Positions 1 through 8,230 of a DNA stretch of 15,226 nt are shown here, piece after piece; the stretch's first letter is position 1; each line of letters starts with the position of its first letter. The stretch is taken from the NCBI GenBank assembly GCA_037445915.1, contig JBBIJQ010000012.1, positions 16,577 to 31,802 of the forward strand, given 5' to 3'. The notes beneath the pieces were generated by a model. It was not told the DNA's origin and did no database searches. It saw only the letters and a list, made by a program, of their open reading frames with translations. Made by a program: the position numbers and the translations under genes. Origin of the DNA: Planctomycetales bacterium. GTDB lineage: Bacteria > 4484-113.

Positions 1-1
1 T

Positions 2-724
2 CGCACCAAGCTCGTTGCCCGCAAGGTCACGGATTTCCTGAAAGAGAGCGGCGACCGCCGCGCACCGGAGTTGATAGCCTCGCTCACAGAGAAGAACCAG
101 TACCGCATGATCGCCCTCGCAGGGCTGGTGAACCTCAAATGGGCCGGCAAGGAAAAGGTGCTTGCCAAGTGGGACGGCAAAGTCCAGTCCCTTGAGCAGT
201 ACTTAATATTCGTCAACCTAGAAGCTGGAGGCAAGAAAACGAGGCTTGGCGATATCATCACCTCGGTGAAGACCAACACTCCGCTGGGAAAAGATAAAGA
301 AGGCGGCGCGCAGCCTAAGAGCGGGAAGGCAGACAATGCGCTAAACGAATCTCAACAAGCTATGCAGCTCTCGGATATCGTGAATTCGCTCAGGGGCTGG
401 AATAGCCACAACGCAATTCCTTACCTGGAGCAAGTTGCTGACAATGGGCCACGCGTTGCGCGGATGGAAGTTACGCGCGCGCTGCGCAAGTTTGAGAATA
501 ACCGCCGCGCGATTGACCTGGCTATCAGGCTGCTTGACGGCGCGAAAGACGACCGCGAACGGCGGGAGAATGCGACGACTCTGGGCTACATTGACAACGG
601 GCGCAGCCTGGCGCGCTTACACGAGCTCATGCTGCAGTCTGAAGATGAAGATATGAAGCTAACCCTCGCCTGGGCTATTTTGAACATTAACCGGGGTCAT
701 CCCGCGTCTAACAAGGGAAGGTAA
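2..724 (+). CDS. HEAT/PBS-lyase-like repeat protein, 5'-truncated by the window edge
   Basis: The frame is open from nt 2 (RTKLVARKVTDFLKESGDRRAPELIASL...), so the TTG at 71 is probably not the start. Helical repeats such as AIPYLEQVADNGPRVARMEVTRALRKF, RENATTLGYI and LARLHELMLQSEDEDMKLTLAWAILNI fit HEAT-like repeats. Confidence 0.6.
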   Translation, partial: RTKLVARKVTDFLKESGDRRAPELIASLTEKNQYRMIALAGLVNLKWAGKEKVLAKWDGKVQSLEQYLIFVNLEAGGKKTRLGDIITSVKTNTPLGKDKEGGAQPKSGKADNALNESQQAMQLSDIVNSLRGWNSHNAIPYLEQVADNGPRVARMEVTRALRKFENNRRAIDLAIRLLDGAKDDRERRENATTLGYIDNGRSLARLHELMLQSEDEDMKLTLAWAILNINRGHPASNKGR

Positions 725-1957
725 ATGCATACCGTGCTGACGGTCGCCCTGCTTATCGCCATTGCGGCGCTGGTCTCTGCGCTTGGCGACCGGATGGGGC
801 GCGCGGCTGCAAAGCGCAAAGTCGCGTTGTTCGGGATGCGCCCGCGCCTCGCAGCGTCATGGATTGCGGTATTCACTGGCGTGCTCATCGCGCTTGGGAC
901 GGTCGGACTGCTTTCGCTGCTTTCGCGCGATGTCCGCGAAATGCTATTTCACTTTGACGAGCTAAAGGCGCAGTTGAAATCTTTACAAGGCGAGATTGAG
1001 AGCCTTGAATATAGCCGAAAAACGCTGGCCGAAGACAAGAGCAAAATTGAGGGAACCCTCACGACGGCGCGAGAAGAACTGAGCATCAAGGAGAAAGAGG
1101 CTGTTTCCCTTAACGCAGCGATTGACGCCAGCAACCTCCGCCGCGACCAGATCATGCGGGAGCTGGCGAAGACAAATACAGCTTTGTCTGCAAGCAAGAA
1201 CCGCCTTGAAGTGGTGACTCGCCTGCTGGAAACGCAGGAGGACAACAACGAGAAGTTGCGCTTGGAGCAGGCTGCGCTACAGTCTCAGATAGACACCCTT
1301 GACGGCGCCAGGGCCCAACTCATAAGCGAGGCGTCGGAGCTTGAACAGCGCGTAGTAGCGTTGCGGCAGGGGAATCTCGCGCTGCAAGTTAATCAGCCGC
1401 TTAGGTATATCCCTGTTTCGGCGGCGCTATCGCTCCCGGAAAGCCAGAAGGCAATTGTTGCCGGCCTATACGAGTTACGGCAGGAACTTGAGGCGCGCGG
1501 GCTGAAGTTTCAGCCAGTGCCGGCAGAAGCTATGACAAGCCTCATGAATACGCTTTCGCTACTTACTGATGATGCGCTAGTGATCGTCTATTCTGGGAAA
1601 AACGTTTTGCCAGGCGAGACCGCCGAGGTCACATTTGAGCTTGCGCTGGATAAGGTGATTTTCCGCAAAGGCGAAGTCATCACCCGCATCAACATTGACG
1701 CGGACGTGACGCGCGACAGGCTACCCGAATTGTTCGGCAATGCTTTCGGGGCTATCCGCGCGACTGCGCTTTCAAGGGGAATGCTTCCCGACATTGGCAG
1801 CGGAGAAATCGGGAGCATCAGCTCCAGCGATGTTGCCCGCGCGGCCGACCAGATTGAGGCTATTCCGGGAAAGCGCATCATGGAGATACGCGCAGGGCAA
1901 GATTTCCACACGACGGACACACTGGACTCGTTTGAGTTCGTCGTGAAAAAAGCTTAA
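725..1957 (+). CDS. DUF3084 domain-containing membrane-anchored coiled-coil protein
   Basis: The N-terminus LGDRMGRAAAKRKVALFGMRPR..A..IAVFTG matches the DUF3084 pattern as I recall it (GD.IG.KIGKKRLSLFGLRPR.TA). It has two hydrophobic helices and a long coiled coil. The ATG directly follows the upstream TAA. Confidence 0.8.
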   Translation: MHTVLTVALLIAIAALVSALGDRMGRAAAKRKVALFGMRPRLAASWIAVFTGVLIALGTVGLLSLLSRDVREMLFHFDELKAQLKSLQGEIESLEYSRKTLAEDKSKIEGTLTTAREELSIKEKEAVSLNAAIDASNLRRDQIMRELAKTNTALSASKNRLEVVTRLLETQEDNNEKLRLEQAALQSQIDTLDGARAQLISEASELEQRVVALRQGNLALQVNQPLRYIPVSAALSLPESQKAIVAGLYELRQELEARGLKFQPVPAEAMTSLMNTLSLLTDDALVIVYSGKNVLPGETAEVTFELALDKVIFRKGEVITRINIDADVTRDRLPELFGNAFGAIRATALSRGMLPDIGSGEIGSISSSDVARAADQIEAIPGKRIMEIRAGQDFHTTDTLDSFEFVVKKA

Positions 1958-3693
1958 GCGCCAGCATCCAGCGGCACGAATCCAAACTTCGCGACATCCA
2001 CCAAGCCTTTATCCGTCAGCTTCAGTTCGGGTATCACCGGCAGCGCGAGGAACGAAAGCGACATGAACGGGCTGCCCAACGCGCATCCCAGTTCAACATG
2101 CGCTACCGCGTTCAGCCTGAGCACCGCGCGGGAGACTTCCATAGCGCTGCACAGCGACATCAGCCCGGCGACGGGCAACGGCACTTCCGCGAGCACTGCG
2201 CCGTCCTTTACCGCCACCAAACCGCCTTGCATCTCCGCCAAGCGGTTGAACGCGATTTCAAGGTCGGAGTCGTCCACACCCACGGCGATGAGGTTGTGAG
2301 AATCGTGGGCAACCGACGATGCTATCGCACCACGCTTGAGGCCGAAGCCATTCACAAAGCCTATGCTGCGCCCCATCTTGCCTGTGTAACGCTCAACGAC
2401 GGCGAGTTTGAGTATGTCTTGCGAAACATCGCTTTGCAGCTTCCCCTCAACGACAGGCATATTGGCTGAAAACGAGCCGGTAACAATCTGGCCGGGGATT
2501 ACTTTTATTACGCGCACATGCGGCGAACCATTTAGCGCGAAATCGCCAGCGTTGATACAGCGCGGGAAGTTCACTGTGCGCAGCGCGGAGTCGGGGGGCC
2601 AGGGGCGCGTGATGTTTAGCGCGAGCGCGCCGTCTTTTGCTGCGAGCATTCCGTCCTTGTAAACTGCAAGCGGCTTGAGCAGCCCGTCGCCCAGGTCGCT
2701 TAGCACCTGCATATCGGCTATGTATCCCGGGGCGATTGCCCCACGGCATTTCAGCCCGAAGTAGCTCGCTGGGTTCAGCGTCGCCAGGCGTATCGCAGTG
2801 ACAGGGTCAAGCCCTAAGCCGATTGCCTTGTGCACGTTGTAGTTGAGATGCCCCAGCTCATGCAGCTCGCCGGGGTGCCGGTCGTCGGTGACTAAGCAGC
2901 AGCGCGCAACGGTAGTTGGATTGACCACCGGCAGCAGCGCTTCAAGGTTCTTCTCCGTGCTTCCTTCGCGGATGAATATCCACATTCCACGCGCAAGCTT
3001 CTCCTGCGCTTCGCCAATCGTAGTGCTTTCGTGGTCGGAGCTAATTCCGCCTGCTATGTAGGCGTTCAAGTCGCGCCCGCGCAGCATCGGCGCATGCCCG
3101 TCCACGAGCTTGCCATGCCGGTGTGCAACTTCCAGCTTTTCCAGCACTTCGGGGAAGCGCATGAACACGCCGGGGAAGTTCATCATCTCCGCCATCGCCG
3201 CTATGCGCGGATTGGCGATGAGCGTCTCAAGGTCGGCTGCGCTAAGGCTCGCCCCGCTTGTTTCCATGTGCGTCGCGGGGACGCAGGAGCTTAGCGTAAA
3301 GAAGAAGTCAAACGGCACGCCTTCGGCAAGTTGCATGAGAAGCTTGATGCCTTCAATTCCCATTACATTGGCTATTTCATGCGGGTCGCAGACCGCGCAG
3401 GCGGAACCGTGCGGGAGCACCGCGCGCGCGAACTCCGCGGGCAGCAGCATCGTGCTTTCAATGTGGATGTGCGCGTCAATGTAAGCTGGCGCGAGGAATG
3501 CACCCCGCAGGTCAACGCGCTTGTGCGCAGGCGCATCAGCGTGGTCGCCGACTCCCGCAATATGCCTTTCCGCGAGCGTGACGTCCGCGCGCTCAACTTC
3601 GCCTGTGAAGACGTTTACGACGTGCGCATTCTCCAGCACCAAATCCGCCGGTTCGTCACCGCGCGCCACCGCAATCAGGCGTGCTCTGTTCAT
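1954..3693 (-). CDS. ade: adenine deaminase
   Basis: 579 aa amidohydrolase with DAHIHIES, DPHEIANV, AEMMNFPG, DGHAP, SDHES, IREGS, VTDDRHP and SSVAHDSHN motifs. SD GGGAG lies upstream. Confidence 0.96.
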   Translation of the reverse strand: MNRARLIAVARGDEPADLVLENAHVVNVFTGEVERADVTLAERHIAGVGDHADAPAHKRVDLRGAFLAPAYIDAHIHIESTMLLPAEFARAVLPHGSACAVCDPHEIANVMGIEGIKLLMQLAEGVPFDFFFTLSSCVPATHMETSGASLSAADLETLIANPRIAAMAEMMNFPGVFMRFPEVLEKLEVAHRHGKLVDGHAPMLRGRDLNAYIAGGISSDHESTTIGEAQEKLARGMWIFIREGSTEKNLEALLPVVNPTTVARCCLVTDDRHPGELHELGHLNYNVHKAIGLGLDPVTAIRLATLNPASYFGLKCRGAIAPGYIADMQVLSDLGDGLLKPLAVYKDGMLAAKDGALALNITRPWPPDSALRTVNFPRCINAGDFALNGSPHVRVIKVIPGQIVTGSFSANMPVVEGKLQSDVSQDILKLAVVERYTGKMGRSIGFVNGFGLKRGAIASSVAHDSHNLIAVGVDDSDLEIAFNRLAEMQGGLVAVKDGAVLAEVPLPVAGLMSLCSAMEVSRAVLRLNAVAHVELGCALGSPFMSLSFLALPVIPELKLTDKGLVDVAKFGFVPLDAGA

Positions 3694-3712
3694 TTATGCA
3701 TCTCCCGCACCG

Positions 3713-3721
3713 ATTATATCA
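3713..3721 (-). promoter_or_regulatory. extended -10 promoter (TGaTATAAT) for ade
   Basis: The minus strand reads TGATATAAT-cggtgcGGGAGatgcataa-ATG. Confidence 0.6.
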
Positions 3722-3755
3722 GCGCGCTAATAATGACTAGCCTTATACTTGCGAA

Positions 3756-3764
3756 TGCTAGAAT
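3756..3764 (+). promoter_or_regulatory. extended -10 promoter (TGcTAGAAT) for the xer gene, likely leaderless
   Basis: TGCTAGAAT, a 6-nt spacer, then the GTG start at 3771. No SD is present. Confidence 0.6.
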
Positions 3765-3770
3765 TCTATC

Positions 3771-4670
3771 GTGGACAAGGATGAAGTTCTCGAGGCGTTT
3801 GACGAGGAGCTGGCGGCATCGGGCTTGAGCGCAAACTCGCGGCTGGCATACCTCACCGACGTGCGCACGCTTCTTGATTTCCTCAGCGAAGACTTTACGC
3901 CTGAAGCTATTACCCAGGCCGCGCTCTACGAGTACTTCAACCACCGCCTTAGCGCCGAAAAGCCGCTTACGATGCGTAGCGCGCGACGCGTGCTTTCATC
4001 TATCCGCAGGTTTTGTGCAATCCTCAACGAGCGCGGTATTATCGCCAGCAATCCAGCGGCGATGATTGAGCTTGGGCGGATGCGGGTGCAACCGCCGGTC
4101 ATCCTCACACCTGAAGAAGTGGACGCGCTCATAGCCGCAGCGAAGGGCAACACGCCCTCAGCCGCCCGCGACCGCGCGCTCGTGGAGCTTCTGTATTCCA
4201 CCGGCTTGCGCATTAGCGAAGCGTTGTCACTCAAGGTCACAGACGTCAGCCCGCAGTCAAGGACGCTACTCGTGCGCGGCAAGGGCAACAAAGAGCGCCA
4301 GACGATTTTCGGCGCACGCGCAGAGGTCGCACTCAATGAATTCATGCGCGCACGCTTCGCGCTTATTCCAGACGGCGCTACCGACCCCGGCGCTTTTTTC
4401 ATCGGTAACAAGGGCAAAGCGTTGACGGCGCGCGCAGCCCACCGCATCCTGAACAAGCTCACCGAAGCCGCAGCGCTCATCAAGCCTGTTTCGGCGCACA
4501 AGCTGCGCCATGCTTTCGCCACGCACCTCCTTGACGGTGGCGCGGACTTGCGCACAGTGCAGGCGCTTCTTGGGCACGCCAGCCTGGAGACGACGAACAT
4601 TTACACGAAAGTCTCCACCCGCCTGCTCTCCGACGTTTACGACAAGACGCACCCGCGCGCGAAGAAATGA
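3771..4670 (+). CDS. XerC/XerD-family tyrosine recombinase
   Basis: 299 aa. Catalytic residues appear in GLRISE, GKGNKER, HKLRHAFATHLL, LLGHASL and TNIYT. The C-terminus YDKTHPRA is typical of XerC/D. XerC and XerD cannot be told apart by eye. Confidence 0.92.
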   Translation: MDKDEVLEAFDEELAASGLSANSRLAYLTDVRTLLDFLSEDFTPEAITQAALYEYFNHRLSAEKPLTMRSARRVLSSIRRFCAILNERGIIASNPAAMIELGRMRVQPPVILTPEEVDALIAAAKGNTPSAARDRALVELLYSTGLRISEALSLKVTDVSPQSRTLLVRGKGNKERQTIFGARAEVALNEFMRARFALIPDGATDPGAFFIGNKGKALTARAAHRILNKLTEAAALIKPVSAHKLRHAFATHLLDGGADLRTVQALLGHASLETTNIYTKVSTRLLSDVYDKTHPRAKK

Positions 4671-4696
4671 GCATGTGCGCGCCACAACACACCCGC

Positions 4697-4725
4697 TTAG
4701 CATTTGCCCTCATTTGCCGTAGAAT
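4697..4725 (+). promoter_or_regulatory. putative sigma70 promoter for the DUF881-sbp-ftsA genes
   Basis: TTAGCA, a 17-nt spacer and TAGAAT, ending 11 nt before ATG 4737. Confidence 0.45.
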
Positions 4726-4736
4726 GGTGGCCGCAG

Positions 4737-5495
4737 ATGGGAACTAAGCGCGCAGGCTTCTGGATATTCTTGCTCACGGCAGGCATCCTGCTGGGGCTGC
4801 TTGCGCGCAGCATAACGCAAACCTACACTGGCGGCCCTGCGTTCCTCGCAGTCGGCGTGGGCAATGATGCCTTACAGCGACAAGTTGAGGAATACCGTGC
4901 GCAGGTGCAGGCGCTGCGCGAAGAGAAGAGCGACCTGACACGCCAACTCCTTTCCGGCGAGCTTTCATCTGAGCGCGTCAAACCCGAGCTTGATGCCGCG
5001 CGAAATGCTGCGGGGTTGCTTCCAGCAACTGGGCCCGGCATCCGCTTGACGTTGGCGGATGCTGCCAGCGGCGGCGGGCTGATGGCGGAGCGGGGAATGG
5101 TCCACGACTACGACTTGCTTTACATACTCAATGAGCTGCGCGCCGCCGGCGCAGAGGCAATCGCTATAGGCTCGGGGAGAATGAAAGAGCGCCTGACGGC
5201 AAGCTCATACATCCGCTGCACCGGCCCGACCGTCATTGTCAACGCCAGTCGCTTTACTGCCCCTTTTACTATTGAAGCCATCGGTGACCCTGACATCCTT
5301 GAGCGCTCGCTGGAGATGCGCGGCGGGGTGCTGGAGCAGTTGCGCGCTTACGGGCTAGAAGTGAAGGTGGAGAAGGTCGGGAAGCTGGACCTGCCCGCCT
5401 ACGACCTGCCGCTGCGCTTCCGATACATCGGCAAGGATACGAAGCCTGAGCAGCAGCCCGCGCAGCCCGACGCGATTGAGGTGAAACGCAAATGA
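4737..5495 (+). CDS. DUF881 (YlxX/YlxW-like) membrane protein
   Basis: N-terminal TM helix and coiled coil, then AGLLPATGPGIRLTLAD, VHDYDLLYILNELRAAGAEAIAI, IRCTGPTVIVN and APFTIEAIGDP. ATG 4737 is preferred over TTG 4704 because the promoter-like motif lies between them. Confidence 0.9.
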   Translation: MGTKRAGFWIFLLTAGILLGLLARSITQTYTGGPAFLAVGVGNDALQRQVEEYRAQVQALREEKSDLTRQLLSGELSSERVKPELDAARNAAGLLPATGPGIRLTLADAASGGGLMAERGMVHDYDLLYILNELRAAGAEAIAIGSGRMKERLTASSYIRCTGPTVIVNASRFTAPFTIEAIGDPDILERSLEMRGGVLEQLRAYGLEVKVEKVGKLDLPAYDLPLRFRYIGKDTKPEQQPAQPDAIEVKRK

Positions 5496-5842
5496 GCGCC
5501 AACGGCGAGCACCACGATATCCTGCTCAACATTCCGACCATCGTCGTCGGCGTGCTGATGTTCGCGGGGGGCATTGCGCTGGGGCTCTTTGCGCCCGGCG
5601 AAGTCATCCCCCACCCCTTCGTGCTGCTCCCCATCGCGCTGCTTTTCGCGGACACCGCGCTTTCGGCGGTCGCCGCCGCCAGGGAGCGCAAGCCCTTTAG
5701 CGGGCTGCTGCATTTCCTGATTCTGGCGCTATTCGCTACAATCCTATATGCTATTGGCGTGCTCAGCGGGATACGGCCTGAGCTGGTCGTGCTCTTGCCG
5801 CTCATTATCCGCGAGACAATTGTGCTGAGTAGGCTTTACTGA
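5492..5842 (+). CDS. small membrane protein, divergent Sbp/DUF1290-like
   Basis: 116 aa with several TM segments. GIALGLFAP, LLFADTALSAVAAARE and LFATILYAIGVLSGI loosely parallel Sbp. It occupies the usual position between DUF881 and ftsA and has an ATGA overlap with DUF881. Confidence 0.55.
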   Translation: MSANGEHHDILLNIPTIVVGVLMFAGGIALGLFAPGEVIPHPFVLLPIALLFADTALSAVAAARERKPFSGLLHFLILALFATILYAIGVLSGIRPELVVLLPLIIRETIVLSRLY

Positions 5843-5843
5843 T

Positions 5844-7106
5844 ATGCGCAAGGGGAAAAAGACAATCGCCGGCATAGACCTTGGCAGCTCCAAGGTAACG
5901 AGTGTTATCGCTGAGGTGACGCCCGACGAAATCAGCATACGCGGCATAAACTCCGCGCCTACCACCAGCATCGTCAAAGGCGTCATCCGCGACCTGAACC
6001 AGTGCGCGGCCGAGATTGACGCGAGCTTCTCCGGCGCAATTTATGCCAGCGGCATCCACATTGACCAGGTCCATCTCGGCGTTACCAGTAAAGACCTCTT
6101 GTCCATCCCCCTTACCGGCGAAATCCGCCTGGGCAACGACGACAGCGAAATTACCTCTGAACATATTGAGCGCTTGCTTGACAGCATCAAGCCCCCACAG
6201 CGCGACGGCAACTACATGCGCCTGCAGCGCATCATCCAGGAATTTGAGGTTAACGAGACGCGCGGAGTGCGCAACCCGCTGGGTATGTTCGGCGGCAGGC
6301 TTGCGGTGCGTGTGCAGGACGTTATCGGCCCTGAGTGGCTTCTCAGCAACTACCGCAAGGCACTGGAGCGCGTCGGCCTGACGCTGAAGTCGCTCGTGCC
6401 AAGCGTGCTCGCGGCCGGCGAAGCGGTGCTCACCAGTGAGGAGCGCCAGACTGGCTGCATCCTCCTTGACCTTGGCCACGGCACTACCGAAATCGCCCTT
6501 TACCGCGACGGCACGGGCATATTCACCAGCACCATCTCCATCGGCATCGCCAACTTTGACAACGACCTTATGCAGGGCTTGGGCGTGTCGCTGACGGAAG
6601 CGCAGCGCGTGCGCAGGAGCTTCATGAAAGCGTGGCTATCCGCTTCGCAGGCGGACGCCGACGACATCATTGACATCAAGTTCTACGGCCACAACGAATA
6701 TGCGAAAGTGAAGAAGCAAAAAGTCGTGGAAATCGCCATGCCGCGCTTGGAGGAATGGGCGGCGCTGGTGAAGCGGGAGCTTAACTCCTGCGGCCTTATG
6801 GCGAGCGTCCCCGGCGGCATAGTGCTTTGCGGCGGCGGATGCCATATGCGCGAAGTGACAGGCTTCTTCCAGCACCACCTCGGGCGGCCGGTGCGCATCG
6901 GGATGCCGCGCGGGTATTCGCATTTGTTTGAGGAATTCCGCACGCCGTCATACGCCAGCGCGCTGGGCATCGTCACATTCGCCGCGCACGAGGAATACGA
7001 GCAGCGCTACACCGAGCCCGGCCCGTCGTTCCTTGAGAACGTGGCTGATTATTTCGTGAACATGCTTGCGCGCATCGGCAAGAAGAAGGACGAGGGCGGG
7101 GAGTAA
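5844..7106 (+). CDS. ftsA: cell division protein FtsA
   Basis: Actin-fold motifs IAGIDLGSSKV, VRNPLGMFG, AVLTSEE, LLDLGHGTT and GIVLCGGG, plus RPVRIGMP and a C-terminal amphipathic helix (FLENVADYFVNMLARI). Confidence 0.93.
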   Translation: MRKGKKTIAGIDLGSSKVTSVIAEVTPDEISIRGINSAPTTSIVKGVIRDLNQCAAEIDASFSGAIYASGIHIDQVHLGVTSKDLLSIPLTGEIRLGNDDSEITSEHIERLLDSIKPPQRDGNYMRLQRIIQEFEVNETRGVRNPLGMFGGRLAVRVQDVIGPEWLLSNYRKALERVGLTLKSLVPSVLAAGEAVLTSEERQTGCILLDLGHGTTEIALYRDGTGIFTSTISIGIANFDNDLMQGLGVSLTEAQRVRRSFMKAWLSASQADADDIIDIKFYGHNEYAKVKKQKVVEIAMPRLEEWAALVKRELNSCGLMASVPGGIVLCGGGCHMREVTGFFQHHLGRPVRIGMPRGYSHLFEEFRTPSYASALGIVTFAAHEEYEQRYTEPGPSFLENVADYFVNMLARIGKKKDEGGE

Positions 7107-7111
7107 GCGCC

Positions 7112-7390
7112 ATGTCGGGGAAACTTGAAGCACTGGATAAACTGCTTTCGGGAATATACAAGCCAAACCGCTCGGGGAGGAGTATCGTGTTCAACAACGA
7201 CGCAGAAAAACTGGAATACGTACGCGGGATAAAAAGCGAGCTTGACGGCGCCAGCAGCAAGCCCGAGATCGCCGCCTTATGGAAACGGCATTACCTCATC
7301 GTCGGCCACAAGATTCTCGGCCGGCTGCTTATTGGCAAGTCGCCCGAAGACGCTATCGCGCGCCGAAAAGGGAAATCCGACGAGGAATGA
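7112..7390 (+). CDS. hypothetical protein (92 aa)
   Basis: Starts 5 nt after the ftsA stop with SD GGGGAG, has protein-like composition, and overlaps the next gene by ATGA. Confidence 0.7.
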   Translation: MSGKLEALDKLLSGIYKPNRSGRSIVFNNDAEKLEYVRGIKSELDGASSKPEIAALWKRHYLIVGHKILGRLLIGKSPEDAIARRKGKSDEE

Positions 7391-7728
7391 ACGAGGACGT
7401 TAAGCGCTTCTTTGACGCAGTTCCCAAAGACCGCAAGCCGCTAGTCATGGAGCTGCACAAGCTCATCCTGAGCATATACCCCGATGCGGAGCCTGTGCTT
7501 TGGTATCGCATGCCGACTTACCGCGCGAAGAAGGGCTGGGTTTGCCTGAACTATTGGAAAGGCGGCGCGACCATCCTAACGAACCAGCCTGAGCATGTCG
7601 CCGCGTTCAAAGCCAAGAATCCCTCCTTCACCACTGGCAAGGGCAGCATCCAGTTCAAGCTCGGCGACCCGCTCCCTGTTGCCGCGCTAAAGAGATTCCT
7701 CAAGGCCGTAATGGAAAACCCGGGGTAA
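7387..7728 (+). CDS. DUF1801 (YdhG-like) protein
   Basis: Starts at the ATGA overlap (MNEDVKRFFDAVPKDRK). The segments LHKLILSIYPDAEPVLWYRMPTY and TGKGSIQFKLGDPLP match DUF1801. 113 aa. Confidence 0.8.
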   Translation: MNEDVKRFFDAVPKDRKPLVMELHKLILSIYPDAEPVLWYRMPTYRAKKGWVCLNYWKGGATILTNQPEHVAAFKAKNPSFTTGKGSIQFKLGDPLPVAALKRFLKAVMENPG

Positions 7729-7781
7729 TTCACTTGATAACCCACGCGCTAATAAAATAGCCGGCGATAGAAAACGAAATT

Positions 7782-8009
7782 TCAATCTAACAGCTCTAAT
7801 AAGCGCTCAAGGCTAATCTCGCCCTGCTGTAATACCCAGCGAAGGGTGCTCTTCTTAACTGGGTTGTGTGCGGGTAACGTTAGCTTTAATAGCTTATCTT
7901 GTAATCGCTTATGCAGCCGTATATGGCTTCCTTTCTGTCTAACTACTACCCAGCCATCTTTCTTCAAGGCTGTTAGTATCTCTTTCTACGAGAGACTAGG
8001 TAAGCCCAT
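7782..8009 (-). pseudogene. hicA: HicA-family mRNA interferase toxin with an in-frame TAG at codon 8
   Basis: The ATG at 8009-8007 overlaps the hicB stop (TGATG). Translation: MGLPSLS*KEILTALKKDGWVVVRQKGSHIRL...LPAH..VKKSTLRWVLQQGEIS. The HicA GSH motif is intact and the TAG is at 7988-7986. Confidence 0.85.
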
Positions 8010-8212
8010 CAGACAACAATTACAGTGGTATCAGTTGGGATGCCTTCAAGAACATCGTCTTCGGTTACTTCAAGATAAAGCTTGATTGCTTCCTTGATGT
8101 TATCCAAAGCTTCTTCTTTTGTATCTCCTTCGCTTATGCATCCCGGCAGAGTAGGAACATAGACAGTGTAACCGCCCTCTTCAGATTCCTCGAAAACGAT
8201 TCTTAATTCCAT
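8009..8212 (-). CDS. hicB: HicB-family antitoxin (short form, 67 aa), paired with hicA
   Basis: EEGGYTVYVPTLPGCISEGDTKEEALDNIKEAIKLYL, with SD AGGTGA and TATAAT upstream. Confidence 0.9.
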   Translation of the reverse strand: MELRIVFEESEEGGYTVYVPTLPGCISEGDTKEEALDNIKEAIKLYLEVTEDDVLEGIPTDTTVIVV

Positions 8213-8230
8213 AGTGATATCACCTACATT

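Noticed and set aside
3723-3733. CGCGCTAATAA shared with 7745-7755, considered as a dif/Xer site or operator
   Set aside because: Neither copy fits the 11-6-11 dif layout with a TTATGTTAAAT-like arm, and 11-bp matches are expected by chance in 15 kb.
4667-4747. Short ORF MSMCAPQHTRLAFALICRRMVAADGN overlapping the xer stop
   Set aside because: It is 26 aa with no recognisable features and spans the predicted promoter of DUF881.
7735-7749. Possible third ubiD-end relic on the minus strand (cgt ggg tta tca vs cgc gga gta taa)
   Set aside because: Only 8/12 nt match and the similarity does not extend upstream.
7743-7775. Possible degenerate copy of the DUF1801 3' end (cac gcg cta ata aaa tag ccg gcg ata gaa aac vs gcc gcg cta aag aga ttc ctc aag gcc gta atg gaa aac)
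   Set aside because: It needs a 6-nt gap, contains a stop and has only short matches. It cannot be separated from chance by eye, though it would mirror the ubiD relic if real.
7986-7988. Stop-codon reassignment (TAG read as sense or pyrrolysine) to explain hicA
   Set aside because: TAG ends pilT and the YlmH-like gene at plausible positions, and no other gene in the window has an internal TAG.
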